Of a DNA stretch of 64,000 nt, positions 41,867-51,278 are shown in pieces. The notes below the pieces were generated by a model. The model did no database searches. It saw only the letters and a list, made by a program, of their open reading frames with translations, and was not told the origin of the DNA. Source of the DNA: Candidatus Poribacteria bacterium (GTDB lineage Bacteria > Poribacteria > WGA-4E > WGA-3G); contig OZ243938.1 of NCBI GenBank assembly GCA_965214095.1, positions 864,001 through 928,000 on the forward strand. Direction: 5' to 3'. The translations under genes were made by a program, and so were the position numbers. The first letter of the stretch is position 1, and every line of letters begins with the position of its first letter.

Positions 41867-43090
41867 CTAAAACCAGAATCGTGACATCAAGATAATCTGA
41901 TCTGATCCTTGTAGTTGTCTTAACACACTTTTATTATTGATTTTATCATCAGGTAGTCTGTCATCGTTAGATAGGTTTGCCCAATAGAAAAGCGATATCG
42001 CACCGTTCTCAATGAAGTTATACTGTGCAATGAATGTGATGCGCCTAGCGGCATCACCCAAAACTGTCCTATCTGCATCAAATAAACCGTACCTTCCTGC
42101 TACTGATAACTGTGGTAAAACACGATACTTTGCCCCAACGTAGTATCCCTTTGAGTCAACATCTTCTGATGAAAATGAGCCAACTTCACCACTATTACCA
42201 AAGTTGAATTCACCTTCTAAACTTAACCCAGCATAAGACGCAGTTGCAAATGCCCCAATAAGTCGTTCCCATTCTTCGCCTGGATTTTCATATTTGCAGG
42301 AGACACCCGCGCGAATAGGACCGAATTGTCCTCCAATAGTTCCAAGCACACCGTTTGCCTTTGCGTTTCCGGCGTTAAACAAAGCCGCATTATAGAATGC
42401 TTTCCCGTAACTGCCTCCGACTTCAACGCCAACATCCCGTTTATTTGATCCGAGTTCATAACCTTCTCTAACAAGTATATTATGATCTTTTTGCTTGATT
42501 CCAAATGGCAAGCGGAATTGTCCTACTTTTAAGTATAGATGTTTTGGTATCGCCTCCACCGTTGCGAAAGCATTTAAGATAGAACCAAGATTGTTAGACA
42601 GAGTTAACCCAACATGTTCTGAAGCTTGTGCATTAAAGGTAACTTCAGCTTGCATCAGAAAGAACCTATCAACAGATGAATGACAGGAATTACATCCAGC
42701 AACTGCGCCACCCTCAACATCTTCGTGTACGTTATTTATATAAGCAGTCTGCAAATCCAGAGAAGTAGTAAGCTGCTTAACGACTTCCATTGATTCTTCA
42801 GAGACTGCTTCCATATCAAAATCTTCAGGGAATTCAAAGTAGTTTTCTTCAAAAATCTCTCCGACACGATTTCGAGGACCACCGCCAGCAGGATCAATAT
42901 GACAGAAGGTGCAATCTTTGTCCAGTTCAGCTGCAAACTCTGGTCGAGCTTCCACAGGAACAGACGAGATTAGAAACAATGAGATAATTGAGATGAAAGT
43001 ATATACAATCAAACTTTGTATAGATTTAGGTATAATAATTTTATAGAGTAGTCGAAACCCATTTCTATAATATGGTGTTTTCATAAGCAA
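41867..43090 (-). CDS. outer-membrane porin-like beta-barrel with N-terminal di-heme c domain
   Basis: Signal peptide; CTFCH (ARPEFA..C..CH..P.GGG.RN..G motif) and CNSCH; KVGQFRLPFG porin-like motif; amphipathic strands; C-terminal FWF. Confidence 0.7.
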   Translation of the reverse strand: MLMKTPYYRNGFRLLYKIIIPKSIQSLIVYTFISIISLFLISSVPVEARPEFAAELDKDCTFCHIDPAGGGPRNRVGEIFEENYFEFPEDFDMEAVSEESMEVVKQLTTSLDLQTAYINNVHEDVEGGAVAGCNSCHSSVDRFFLMQAEVTFNAQASEHVGLTLSNNLGSILNAFATVEAIPKHLYLKVGQFRLPFGIKQKDHNILVREGYELGSNKRDVGVEVGGSYGKAFYNAALFNAGNAKANGVLGTIGGQFGPIRAGVSCKYENPGEEWERLIGAFATASYAGLSLEGEFNFGNSGEVGSFSSEDVDSKGYYVGAKYRVLPQLSVAGRYGLFDADRTVLGDAARRITFIAQYNFIENGAISLFYWANLSNDDRLPDDKINNKSVLRQLQGSDQIILMSRFWF

Positions 43091-43137
43091 TCTCCTTTAT
43101 AACCTATAGTGTGTATTGCAGACACCTGCGATAATTA

Positions 43138-43719
43138 TTAATCAAGTAAGGTAAAGACATAATCTTTATCTTCAACTCTGGCATGGCACCCCCAGCATGT
43201 CGCACCTGATGCGAGAACACTAAAGTCATCATCGGGAGCATTGCGGGTATATTCAATGAATTCCCAATCGTTGTGGTCTGGATCACTCCCTGCCTTCTTC
43301 CGCATGATTGCGATGAGTCCGATATAATCCTTATTCGGACGAGTTGCTTCTTTTACGACGATACTACCATCCGGATATGGAAATTGTTGTTCACCATCTG
43401 GTGCGATAGTATCCCGCTCTTGGTTGACGTATACATTTTTTGTGCCGTTATGTGGATCACCACCTGCGACAGGGGGAATCGGTTCTGCATTTAATTTTAA
43501 CCACTTGTCATATCCTGCGGTATCATCAGGAAGTCCAGGAAGTGCAACTGCGGGTTCGTCTGTGTCTTGTTCAGAATCATTGTTCTGCTCTGTTTGTTGA
43601 ACAATTTCGTCTAACTGCTTTTCTTCGACACATGAAGTGATTACAAAACATGGAATCAACATAATAGCAACGACGAAAAGATAACGTAGGTTGATTTGGT
43701 CTAATTTTCTGCTGTTCAT
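43138..43719 (-). CDS. cytochrome P460-family lipoprotein
   Basis: Lipobox-like ITSC, NVYVN, YPDGSIVVKE, AIMRK, WEF and the C-terminal CWGCH..DYVFT. Confidence 0.85.
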   Translation of the reverse strand: MNSRKLDQINLRYLFVVAIMLIPCFVITSCVEEKQLDEIVQQTEQNNDSEQDTDEPAVALPGLPDDTAGYDKWLKLNAEPIPPVAGGDPHNGTKNVYVNQERDTIAPDGEQQFPYPDGSIVVKEATRPNKDYIGLIAIMRKKAGSDPDHNDWEFIEYTRNAPDDDFSVLASGATCWGCHARVEDKDYVFTLLD

Positions 43720-44223
43720 TGTTAATCTCCTAATTCTAATCTGCCTTTAGTATAAACTATTATGACAAAGTTAGCAATTTATTAATCAAAATTGGCTTTA
43801 TAGATAGTTAACGTTGAAATCAAAAAATATTTTACATTGGACAATAATGTCACATTTTGCATTTACTAAGAACTGTACTGCCACCGGTAATTTAGACCAC
43901 TGTCTAAACTAAGATTGTCATATAATTACAAGACTTACGCATTTTTATAAATGGTGCTATACTATTCTATTATGAATACACATATACTTCTGAAAAGAAG
44001 CAAGATTTATTTTCCGATTATTGTCAATTTTTGTTAGCAAGTTTCACTAAATTGAAACGCAATCGTCTTGTGAATGATACGGATGACGTTGAACCACACC
44101 AATAGACCGGGCATGTAGTAAATGTGCGTCTGATCTTGAATGTGGAGGTCCTCAGCTTGAATGTGAGGTAAATTGCATTAAAAAGACGGACCCAAAGAAA
44201 TGTAGTTGTGAAAAGGGAACAAA

Positions 44224-44520
44224 ATGCAAAGAGAGTCTGTGTGGGAAACGGAACGAGGGATGGTTTCGGCTGTTGATTTCTCTTCCAATGGTGAGTTGGT
44301 TGCTACTGGCAACATGGATGGTACTATCAAGGTATGGAGTATTCAATGTGGGACATGTGTTTCAAAGATTCAACGTCCCGACCAGCGATATGAGACTGGG
44401 TGGTTTGAATACGGTATTGGGAAGCTCATCTTTTCCCCAGATAATAAACATATCGGTGCGTCTCTTCAAGGATGCGGTCTCATTTGCCTTTGGGATGCTG
44501 AAACTGGTGAGCTGAGTTAT
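44224..44520 (+). pseudogene. truncated WD40 gene fragment (paralogue of 52271-54292)
   Basis: WETERGMVSAV..GNMDGTIKVW..IQRPDQ aligns with WETERGVTSAL..GNLDGTVKVW..IERPSQ. It breaks off at ~44520 into the conserved peptide-gene upstream region. Confidence 0.7.
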
Positions 44521-44593
44521 AAGTTAATAATTGAATGTGTCTCTATATTTCAAAATCAGATGCCAACGCGGTATAAAATATAGGAAGAACATA

Positions 44594-44914
44594 ATGTTTT
44601 TGAAAATAGTGTTGAACCAACCGAACCTGGTAGGGACAGTGTTAATAGCCTTGATGGTTTTTAGTGGTTTTGTTTATGCTTTCGCATTTGATGGTTTTAA
44701 TGTGGAAACAGCCACAGATGGCGAAGTAGAGGCATGGTTCACAGCGGCGAGTGATGGAGATGGTGGTTACGGGACACCTCGTGATACTTGTAAAGAAAAC
44801 TTAAATGACTACTGCGATATAACGTACTTAAATGGTACTACTGCAAAGTGCCATAAAATGTGTAGTAATATCGGCAAACAGTGGAATCGTTGTAAAATCT
44901 GCAAAAACAACTAG
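44594..44914 (+). CDS. small exported or membrane-anchored Cys-rich protein, cassette 1 (intact, 106 aa)
   Basis: AGGAAG before the ATG; hydrophobic segment, AFAFDGFNVETATDGEVEAW, Gly linker and a 6-Cys tail ending CKICKNN. Confidence 0.75.
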   Translation: MFLKIVLNQPNLVGTVLIALMVFSGFVYAFAFDGFNVETATDGEVEAWFTAASDGDGGYGTPRDTCKENLNDYCDITYLNGTTAKCHKMCSNIGKQWNRCKICKNN

Positions 44915-44933
44915 TGGAGTGTCCATTTGGACA

Positions 44934-45068
44934 TTGTAGGTCGGGTAGAGGCACGACACCCGACTTTATTGATGATAAATAGCTGCATGTCGGGTAGAGG
45001 CACGACACCCGACTTTATTGATGATAAATGGCTGCATGTCGGGTTTCGTGCCTCTACCCGACCTACAA
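44934..45068. repeat. REP cluster with 49-bp tandem units
   Basis: GTCGGGTAGAGGCACGACACCCGAC units at 44940 and 44989 and an inverted unit at 45038. The same family occurs at ~11426 and ~15451. Confidence 0.8.
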
Positions 45069-45180
45069 GATTAGTGTCGACAGAACACTAATGCGAAATT
45101 AGAATCGATACAATTAAGATTTTACTTGATGTGACTGTGGATATTCTTGTCCCGGACACATCACAAATGGAGGAGAAAAA

Positions 45181-45819
45181 ATGTCTTTAACATCAAAAGA
45201 AGTGGATGAGCTTCGTCAACATATTGATGAATTAGAATCCCGAATCGCTGAGTTGGAGTCTAACAAGCGGGTTATAGAATGCAAAGAACTTCATCTCCTG
45301 GATGCAGAGGGTACTCGTCTTATTTCTCTATCAGTGAACGAGGAAAATTCTGGCGAAATACTGATCAAAAGTACTTCAGGGCAAAGTGGAGTTCAAATCC
45401 TTGGCAAAGATCAATATGGGGGTGGCTTCCTTGAAGTTTTCAAGGATTACTTCGAAACAATTGATCCATTTTGCATCCCGCGGCGCGATGCCGTTCGGAT
45501 CAGGATTAGCAATGAGGTATATGGTGGAGGCGGAGAGATATCTACACACAGGAATCATGCTGCTAGTGTCACACTTGGCTCGGGGTATGGTTATGCTGGT
45601 CAACTTTGGATCCAAGGCGAACATGACCAAGAGATCCAGGGAGCTGGTCGGATTATCATGGGGGTTGACCGTGAACGTGATGAAGGAGTCATCCTTATTC
45701 AAAAACCAGTCTACAATGAGAACGAAAACGACTATGACATGGAAACAGTTACTAAAATAGGACATGGTAATCCACCTGACGGCAGGTATCCAGTTTCCTC
45801 CAAGGAAATTGAATCTTAA
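45181..45819 (+). CDS. hypothetical protein (N-terminal coiled coil, Gly-rich beta repeats)
   Basis: GGAGGAG ribosome-binding site; 212 aa; heptad-like N-terminus followed by repeated short beta strands. Confidence 0.7.
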   Translation: MSLTSKEVDELRQHIDELESRIAELESNKRVIECKELHLLDAEGTRLISLSVNEENSGEILIKSTSGQSGVQILGKDQYGGGFLEVFKDYFETIDPFCIPRRDAVRIRISNEVYGGGGEISTHRNHAASVTLGSGYGYAGQLWIQGEHDQEIQGAGRIIMGVDRERDEGVILIQKPVYNENENDYDMETVTKIGHGNPPDGRYPVSSKEIES

Positions 45820-45931
45820 GGTAAAAAATGTTTCAAAGTCCCCGTCAGGGAATTACTTATGTGACGTGGGTTAGGTATCAAGAAATAACCCGCTTGTGGA
45901 AGCGATGCTACAAGCAACTGTGCGGGTTATT

Positions 45932-46181
45932 CTAGTAGGCACAGTGTTAATAGCCCTGATGGTTTTTAGTGGTTTTGTTTATGCATTCGCTTTCGATGGT
46001 TTTAATGTGGAAACAACCACAGGTGGCGAAGTAGAGGCATGGCTCGCAGCGGCGAGTGATGGTTCTGGTAGTGGAAGGCAAAATAATAAGGAAGAGATGG
46101 AAGGTGTGTACCGAATCAAATGAGACAAGATGTGATGGTAATTGCAACGCAAACCAAAAGGAGCCAAATCCAAAAGGGTAA
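45932..46181 (+). pseudogene. Cys-rich cassette 2 (5'-truncated, frameshifted)
   Basis: DNA is near-identical to 44627-44758 over the leader. A frame change at ~46077 continues as GKIIRKRWKVCTESNETRCDGNCNANQKEPNPKG*. Confidence 0.65.
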
Positions 46182-46266
46182 TTTTGATAATCAGACGATC
46201 TTATTAGGACTATGAATTCTTACAAATTGAGGCATTGTCCTAATAAGATCATCCTAATAAGAAGGA

Positions 46267-48297
46267 GTGTTTATCGTGGAAAGTTATCTACCGTTTCATT
46301 TGAACAGAGAGGATACGAAAAGTAGCACTTGGAATTTACCATCAGGTGCACTAAAACGCCTTGGACGAGGATATGTTACGGACATAACGCTCTCACCAGA
46401 GGGGGACCACCTTATCGTTACCACCCCTCTCGGTTTGTGGTTGTATAATATCTCGACACGTGAGCCATTGACACTCATAGATTGGATTCCGGGCCCGATG
46501 GCTTTTTCCAGTAATGGCAAGTGGGTGGCAACAACTAGCGAAAAGGGTTCCATTGAAGTATGGGATATGAATAGTGAAAGCTGCTTGCTGGAAATTGAAC
46601 GGGCGGAAAATGAGAGCATTGACGAGCTTGTATTCTCACCGGATTGTCAATATTTAGCAGTTGGAGGTATCAATAGGCACTGGAATCAAATAAAAAAACT
46701 CTACTGTAGCGTTGAAGTCTGGCTTCTACCAAAGATTGTGAAGACAGGTGCTGCGCCGCTGCATATAGAAAGAGATCGTATTTATGCTGGTTTTCATCCG
46801 CTTGCATTCTCGCCGGACAGCCGTTTGCTGGCGTTTGCTGTTCCAGAAGGTACTCCAGACTCTTATCGTGCCGATGGGTACTCTGTCATTAATAACAAAT
46901 GGGTTCTGCCGAAGCGTTACATCGCAGTGTATGAGATAGCTACATGGCAGCACCTGACTACACTTGTTGCCTTCAACGATCTGGACTCTATCTCTTTTTC
47001 ACCGTGCGGGCATTTTCTTGCTGCTGCGGATGGTAAAGGAAAGGTTTACCTCTGGAAGGTTCCAAAGAGTATTTCACCGGACACTTCATCCTGGCATCTA
47101 CATCAAGTGTACCAGGAAAGGGGCGATGCGTTAAATTTTCACTTAGTCAGTTACTCGTCAAAAGGTGCACTAAGGACCGCTATGCGCTCTTTTGAAGAAG
47201 GCATTATCACTATACGAGAACCGGCACGAAATGAAACGCTTTATAAGCATCCTAAGGATAATATTCACTATCGAGCGTATTTTTCAAATGGTACACTTCT
47301 TGCTTTCGCAGGAAGTCCAGATGTACATGTGTGGACATTAGGAGATAAGCATTCTACTTGTGTAAGTCAGATGCATGGGTTCCCGTCACACTCGCTGCAC
47401 TTTTCTCGAGATGGCCGGACGCTGCTGGCGACGCAGCGAGAGGATGGTATCTTCAGTTGGGAAGTGACACGTCCTGACCAGCCTCCGAATATTTTCAACC
47501 CCGCCGGTTCACTACCACACTCTGATGCGTCAGACACCTATTTTTCTTTAAATGTATCATCTGAAGGGAAACATTTTGTAATCTCCGGTGATAAAAACAC
47601 CATTCGCCTCTGGGAACTGGGTATCAATGCGGCGATCGCTGCGTTTCCAATAAAAGAAAAAGCGATTGATGCAACCTTCTCCCCTACTGCTAATCTGATC
47701 GCTTACCGAGACGTAACTAATCAGATTTATATCTGGGATGTGACTATAGGAGAACTACGTGACACCTATATGAGTGAATACGAAATAGGATTATGGGATG
47801 CTGGTCTCACATATAGTTTAAATGGAGTATACCTTGCATCTGGTCGCTGCCATCTTTACGATGTTATTCAACGTGAGCAGATAGATGGTTTCATAAACGA
47901 CTACTTCCAGTTTCTGGCATTTTCTCCAGACAGTGTCCATTTTTGGGATACAGGATCTCCTAATACAATAGAGTTATGGAATATTCAAAGGGGTGAAGAA
48001 ACCCTAACACTTCAGAAGCCCGAAGAGTGGAATCAAAAAGAGGTGCATACGCTTTCACAATCAGCATGTGGACGATATCTTGCCTGCAGCCCGATAATGT
48101 ATGAAAATGACGTAAGTATAAGTTTGGGGATCTGGGATATTCACAAGGGATCCGCACCAATTGCAACGTTTATGCTTCCATATGCATGTGACACACCTGC
48201 TCTTGCTTTTTCACCAGATAATACGGTTTTAGCGTGTGCGGATGACAGCGGTACTATTCTGCTCTGGGATCTGAAACCTTACTTGAAAAACACATAA
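46267..48297 (+). CDS. degenerate WD40-repeat protein (KPYL-tailed)
   Basis: LPSGALKRLGRG motif, FSPD/SPCG repeats and the ending ILLWDLKPYLKNT. Confidence 0.88.
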   Translation: MFIVESYLPFHLNREDTKSSTWNLPSGALKRLGRGYVTDITLSPEGDHLIVTTPLGLWLYNISTREPLTLIDWIPGPMAFSSNGKWVATTSEKGSIEVWDMNSESCLLEIERAENESIDELVFSPDCQYLAVGGINRHWNQIKKLYCSVEVWLLPKIVKTGAAPLHIERDRIYAGFHPLAFSPDSRLLAFAVPEGTPDSYRADGYSVINNKWVLPKRYIAVYEIATWQHLTTLVAFNDLDSISFSPCGHFLAAADGKGKVYLWKVPKSISPDTSSWHLHQVYQERGDALNFHLVSYSSKGALRTAMRSFEEGIITIREPARNETLYKHPKDNIHYRAYFSNGTLLAFAGSPDVHVWTLGDKHSTCVSQMHGFPSHSLHFSRDGRTLLATQREDGIFSWEVTRPDQPPNIFNPAGSLPHSDASDTYFSLNVSSEGKHFVISGDKNTIRLWELGINAAIAAFPIKEKAIDATFSPTANLIAYRDVTNQIYIWDVTIGELRDTYMSEYEIGLWDAGLTYSLNGVYLASGRCHLYDVIQREQIDGFINDYFQFLAFSPDSVHFWDTGSPNTIELWNIQRGEETLTLQKPEEWNQKEVHTLSQSACGRYLACSPIMYENDVSISLGIWDIHKGSAPIATFMLPYACDTPALAFSPDNTVLACADDSGTILLWDLKPYLKNT

Positions 48298-48484
48298 GGA
48301 GTGTTTTTTGAGGCGTAACACCTTTTGCATTATCATTTTATTTTCGTTCCTATAGGATCTCTATTGAGATAGAGAGCGTGCTTTGAAAGAAGCACGAAAT
48401 CAGAGGCACCTTTATTAATAATTGAATGTGTGTCTATATTTCAAAATCAGATGCCTACGCGGCATAAAATATAGGAAGAATATA
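48298..48484 (+). promoter_or_regulatory. conserved 187-nt WD40-to-peptide spacer with twin hairpins (copy 1)
   Basis: Same length and high similarity to 51092-51278; partial copies at 44524-44593 and 54293-54540. Hairpins are TCTCTAT-TGAG-ATAGAGA (48358-48375) and CGTGCTT-TGAAAG-AAGCACG (48377-48396). Confidence 0.7.
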
Positions 48485-48792
48485 ATGCTTTTGATTGATT
48501 TAATATTGAAATTGTACCGAGTGTCGAAGTGGATGCCCGGATGGATGTTGCTCCTACTTATGGCGGAAAAAATTGTAATTGCAGTCACCAAACCACTTGT
48601 CCCGCTGCTAATAATAAGAAGTGTAAAAATTGTAATAATATAACACAGTTTCGTTGTCGTGATAATTGTCCAAAAGGTAACCCCTGCCATACAAGTTGTA
48701 TGAAAAACAAAGACGCTAATAAGTACATCTGTAATGGGCAAAAAAATGCTACGATTGCAATGCTTATTAACGATTACCATATCTGGCAGTAA
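48485..48792 (+). pseudogene. Cys-rich cassette 3 (hydrophobic leader deleted, in-frame stop)
   Basis: The frame from 48487 reads AFD*FNIEIVPSVEVDAR (homologous to AFDGFNIEKVTGGEVEAW) and then a 10-Cys tail. One extra A in the run at 48740-48746 would end it KKCYDCNAY* with 12 Cys. Confidence 0.65.
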
Positions 48793-48873
48793 TAAAGTCT
48801 AAGTATTCTGATATTTCTCAAAACTGAGTAATGATCGGATTATTTTTAAATCTTCATTACCGGCCAGATATTT

Positions 48874-49063
48874 GAGGTATGTGTATAAATAATTCCGATG
48901 TTAAATATGTGCTTAAAGGTAGTAGGCACACGTCGTGTGACATCTACAAGTTCAAAGAGACGCAATGAATTGCGCGACTATAAACGGCATTTCTATAAAT
49001 CAAGCAGCACCTGGTGTCTGTCCCTGTCTGTGTTGATGTGCCAAATATTTATGCACACCCCTC
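48874..49063. mobile_element. 190-bp MITE, same ends as 29793-29982 but different REP cargo
   Basis: TIRs GAGGTATGTGTATAAATA and TATTTATGCACACCCCTC; flanks AGATATTT and AAATATTT match at 7 of 8 positions. Confidence 0.7.
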
Positions 49064-49087
49064 AAATATTTAAGGAACAAAGGCGAT

Positions 49088-51091
49088 ATGGAAAACTTGA
49101 AAATACCAAATGAACCCATTGCGCGATTAGGAAGAGGTTGGACAAGTAGTATAGCAATTTCCTCAAATGGGCAGTACCTTGCTTTGGGAAATTGGGTTGG
49201 ACTCTGTTTGTATGATTTGACATCAACATCTAACACCCCTCTATGGGAAATAGAACACGGAATGATTAATACTGTTGCAATTTCACCTGGTGGAGAGTTG
49301 ATAGCCGCTAGCAGTTCAAACGATGAGTTAAAAGTATGGAATATCCAACATAAATCTTGCGTAACTCAAATAGAGTTAGACAAATCCATTTCGCGCCTCA
49401 CATTTTCTACCGATAGTCAATTAGTTGCCGCTTCCTTCACTAATTCGTCTCGTGTTGAGTGCTGGGATCTCAAAACTGGGGTATCGTTTGCCAAATTTGC
49501 GGGAGAAAGTAATACGGGGAATTACATAAGACCTATTATCTTTTCCCCAGATAACCACCTTGTAGTATCTACGTGTCACAGTGATGGTTATACCAATGTT
49601 GACTCTGTAGTTGTGTGGAATGTCCTTCAAGGCAAACAAATGACCACTCTCACAGAACATACCTCTCATATCTATTATCTGTGTTTTTCTCCGTGTGGGC
49701 GTTTTTTGGCATCTGGTGATGAGGATGGAACGATACATGTTTGGCATGTAGAAGAATGGGAACATATTCATGCATTCACATGCAATAGTTCTTCTCGTAT
49801 GATCCCCTCCTATTCAGCGGCAGGCACTCTCTATGCCACTGTGATGTCTTATGATACTGCTACTGTGAAAGTAATTGACATGGAAAGAAATAAACAGTTA
49901 TGGACGGCTAATGTTTTAGGAAATACAATAGATTTTTCCGATATCGACGATTGGGGAAATAATATAGAATTTTCAAATGGTTCACATTTAGCATACGAAT
50001 CTAGACATGAATTCATAAACGTATGGACTTTTGGGAACGAGCATGCACGTAAGTTTACCCATTCACCCATATCATTTCCGGAATCGATAGTCTTTTTGCC
50101 AGACAGCAAAACGTTAGTAGCAGAGTATCGACATGAGAGTGTTTTGTTATGGGATGTTACAAGTTCGATTTCGCGTCCAGCACTAAAAGCGGAGTCGGCA
50201 GGAAAAAATCAATTTATGCATGTATCTACTTTGGGAAACCTCCATGTTACGAGTCTGAAAAACGGTGTCGTTACGCTCTGGGCAGTTGATAGCGGGGAGC
50301 GTCAGATTTCTGAATATATAGAACATACCTATAAGTCCACACGTCCTGCATTATCCTCTACCAGCAATAGACTGGCCTGCGCGCTTGATGATGGAACTCT
50401 GAGTGTGTGGGATGTGCAAAGTGGAGCAAAACTTTGTGAGTTTATGCACATACTTGATCAAAACCCAGACGATGAGATTACTACCCTGGCGTTCAGCCCG
50501 GATGGACGATTATTGGCAAGTGAATCGTCTAGTGGATTGCAAGTTCGGTTATGGGATGTAGAACAAGGCAAAGAAATAGCAGAATTTCCAAGTGATGAAA
50601 CTAATTTGTTTAGAGGTTTTTCTCCGTGTGGACGATACCTGGCTTGTGGAACTGAAGATATTCTATTGTGGGATATCATCCAGTGCGACATCTACTCGGT
50701 GCTTCAGTGTCAAATTGAGGACGCTTTTGAATATTCTCCGTGTGGACGATATGTAGCTTGTGGAAATGATAAAGTAATATTTTTATGGGACCTTATCCGT
50801 TGTGAAAACTTTATGCGGATATATCTGCCATCAGAATGGAGTATGTATACGTTGACCTTCTCTTCGTGTGGACAGTATTTAGCTGGTGGAGCATGGTGGC
50901 GTGAAGGTTGGAATAAAGTACCTATTTGTTTATGGGAAGTTGCAACAGGTGAAAATATAGCCACTTTTCTGGGACACCCAACAGATATTCAATGCCTTGC
51001 GTTTTCACCAGATGGCACAATCTTGGCAAGTGGTGGTTATGATGGCACTATTCTACTTTGGGATTTGAAACCTTACTTGACAAACACATAA
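49088..51091 (+). CDS. WD40-repeat protein (KPYL-tailed), sigma-less paralogue of 27161-29767
   Basis: Shares the WGNNxxFSNGSxLAYExRHExxNVWT, HSPISFP and SAGKNQF segments with 27161-29767; ends WDLKPYLTNT. Confidence 0.9.
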   Translation: MENLKIPNEPIARLGRGWTSSIAISSNGQYLALGNWVGLCLYDLTSTSNTPLWEIEHGMINTVAISPGGELIAASSSNDELKVWNIQHKSCVTQIELDKSISRLTFSTDSQLVAASFTNSSRVECWDLKTGVSFAKFAGESNTGNYIRPIIFSPDNHLVVSTCHSDGYTNVDSVVVWNVLQGKQMTTLTEHTSHIYYLCFSPCGRFLASGDEDGTIHVWHVEEWEHIHAFTCNSSSRMIPSYSAAGTLYATVMSYDTATVKVIDMERNKQLWTANVLGNTIDFSDIDDWGNNIEFSNGSHLAYESRHEFINVWTFGNEHARKFTHSPISFPESIVFLPDSKTLVAEYRHESVLLWDVTSSISRPALKAESAGKNQFMHVSTLGNLHVTSLKNGVVTLWAVDSGERQISEYIEHTYKSTRPALSSTSNRLACALDDGTLSVWDVQSGAKLCEFMHILDQNPDDEITTLAFSPDGRLLASESSSGLQVRLWDVEQGKEIAEFPSDETNLFRGFSPCGRYLACGTEDILLWDIIQCDIYSVLQCQIEDAFEYSPCGRYVACGNDKVIFLWDLIRCENFMRIYLPSEWSMYTLTFSSCGQYLAGGAWWREGWNKVPICLWEVATGENIATFLGHPTDIQCLAFSPDGTILASGGYDGTILLWDLKPYLTNT

Positions 51092-51278
51092 GGAGGACTT
51101 TTGAGTCGTAGCACGTTTTGCATTATCATTTTTATTTTCGTTCCTATAGGCTCTCTATTGAGATAGAGAGCGTGCTTTGAAAGAAGCACGAAATCGGAGG
51201 CACCTTTATTAATAATTGAATGTGTCTTGATATTTCAAAATCAGATGCCCATACGGCACAAAAACAAAGAAGAGATAA
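51092..51278 (+). promoter_or_regulatory. conserved 187-nt WD40-to-peptide spacer with twin hairpins (copy 2)
   Basis: Homologous to 48298-48484, with hairpins at 51151-51170 and 51171-51190. Confidence 0.7.

Noticed and set aside
44934-45068. Regularly spaced palindromic repeats resembling a mini-CRISPR
   Set aside because: The 'spacers' are near-identical, the third unit is inverted, the same unit is dispersed at ~11426 and ~15451, and there are no cas genes. It is a REP cluster.
48358-48410. Hammerhead ribozyme or c-di-GMP riboswitch in the twin-hairpin spacer
   Set aside because: It has GAAA elements but lacks the CUGANGA core and the GCAAA motifs, so it is left as an unassigned structure.
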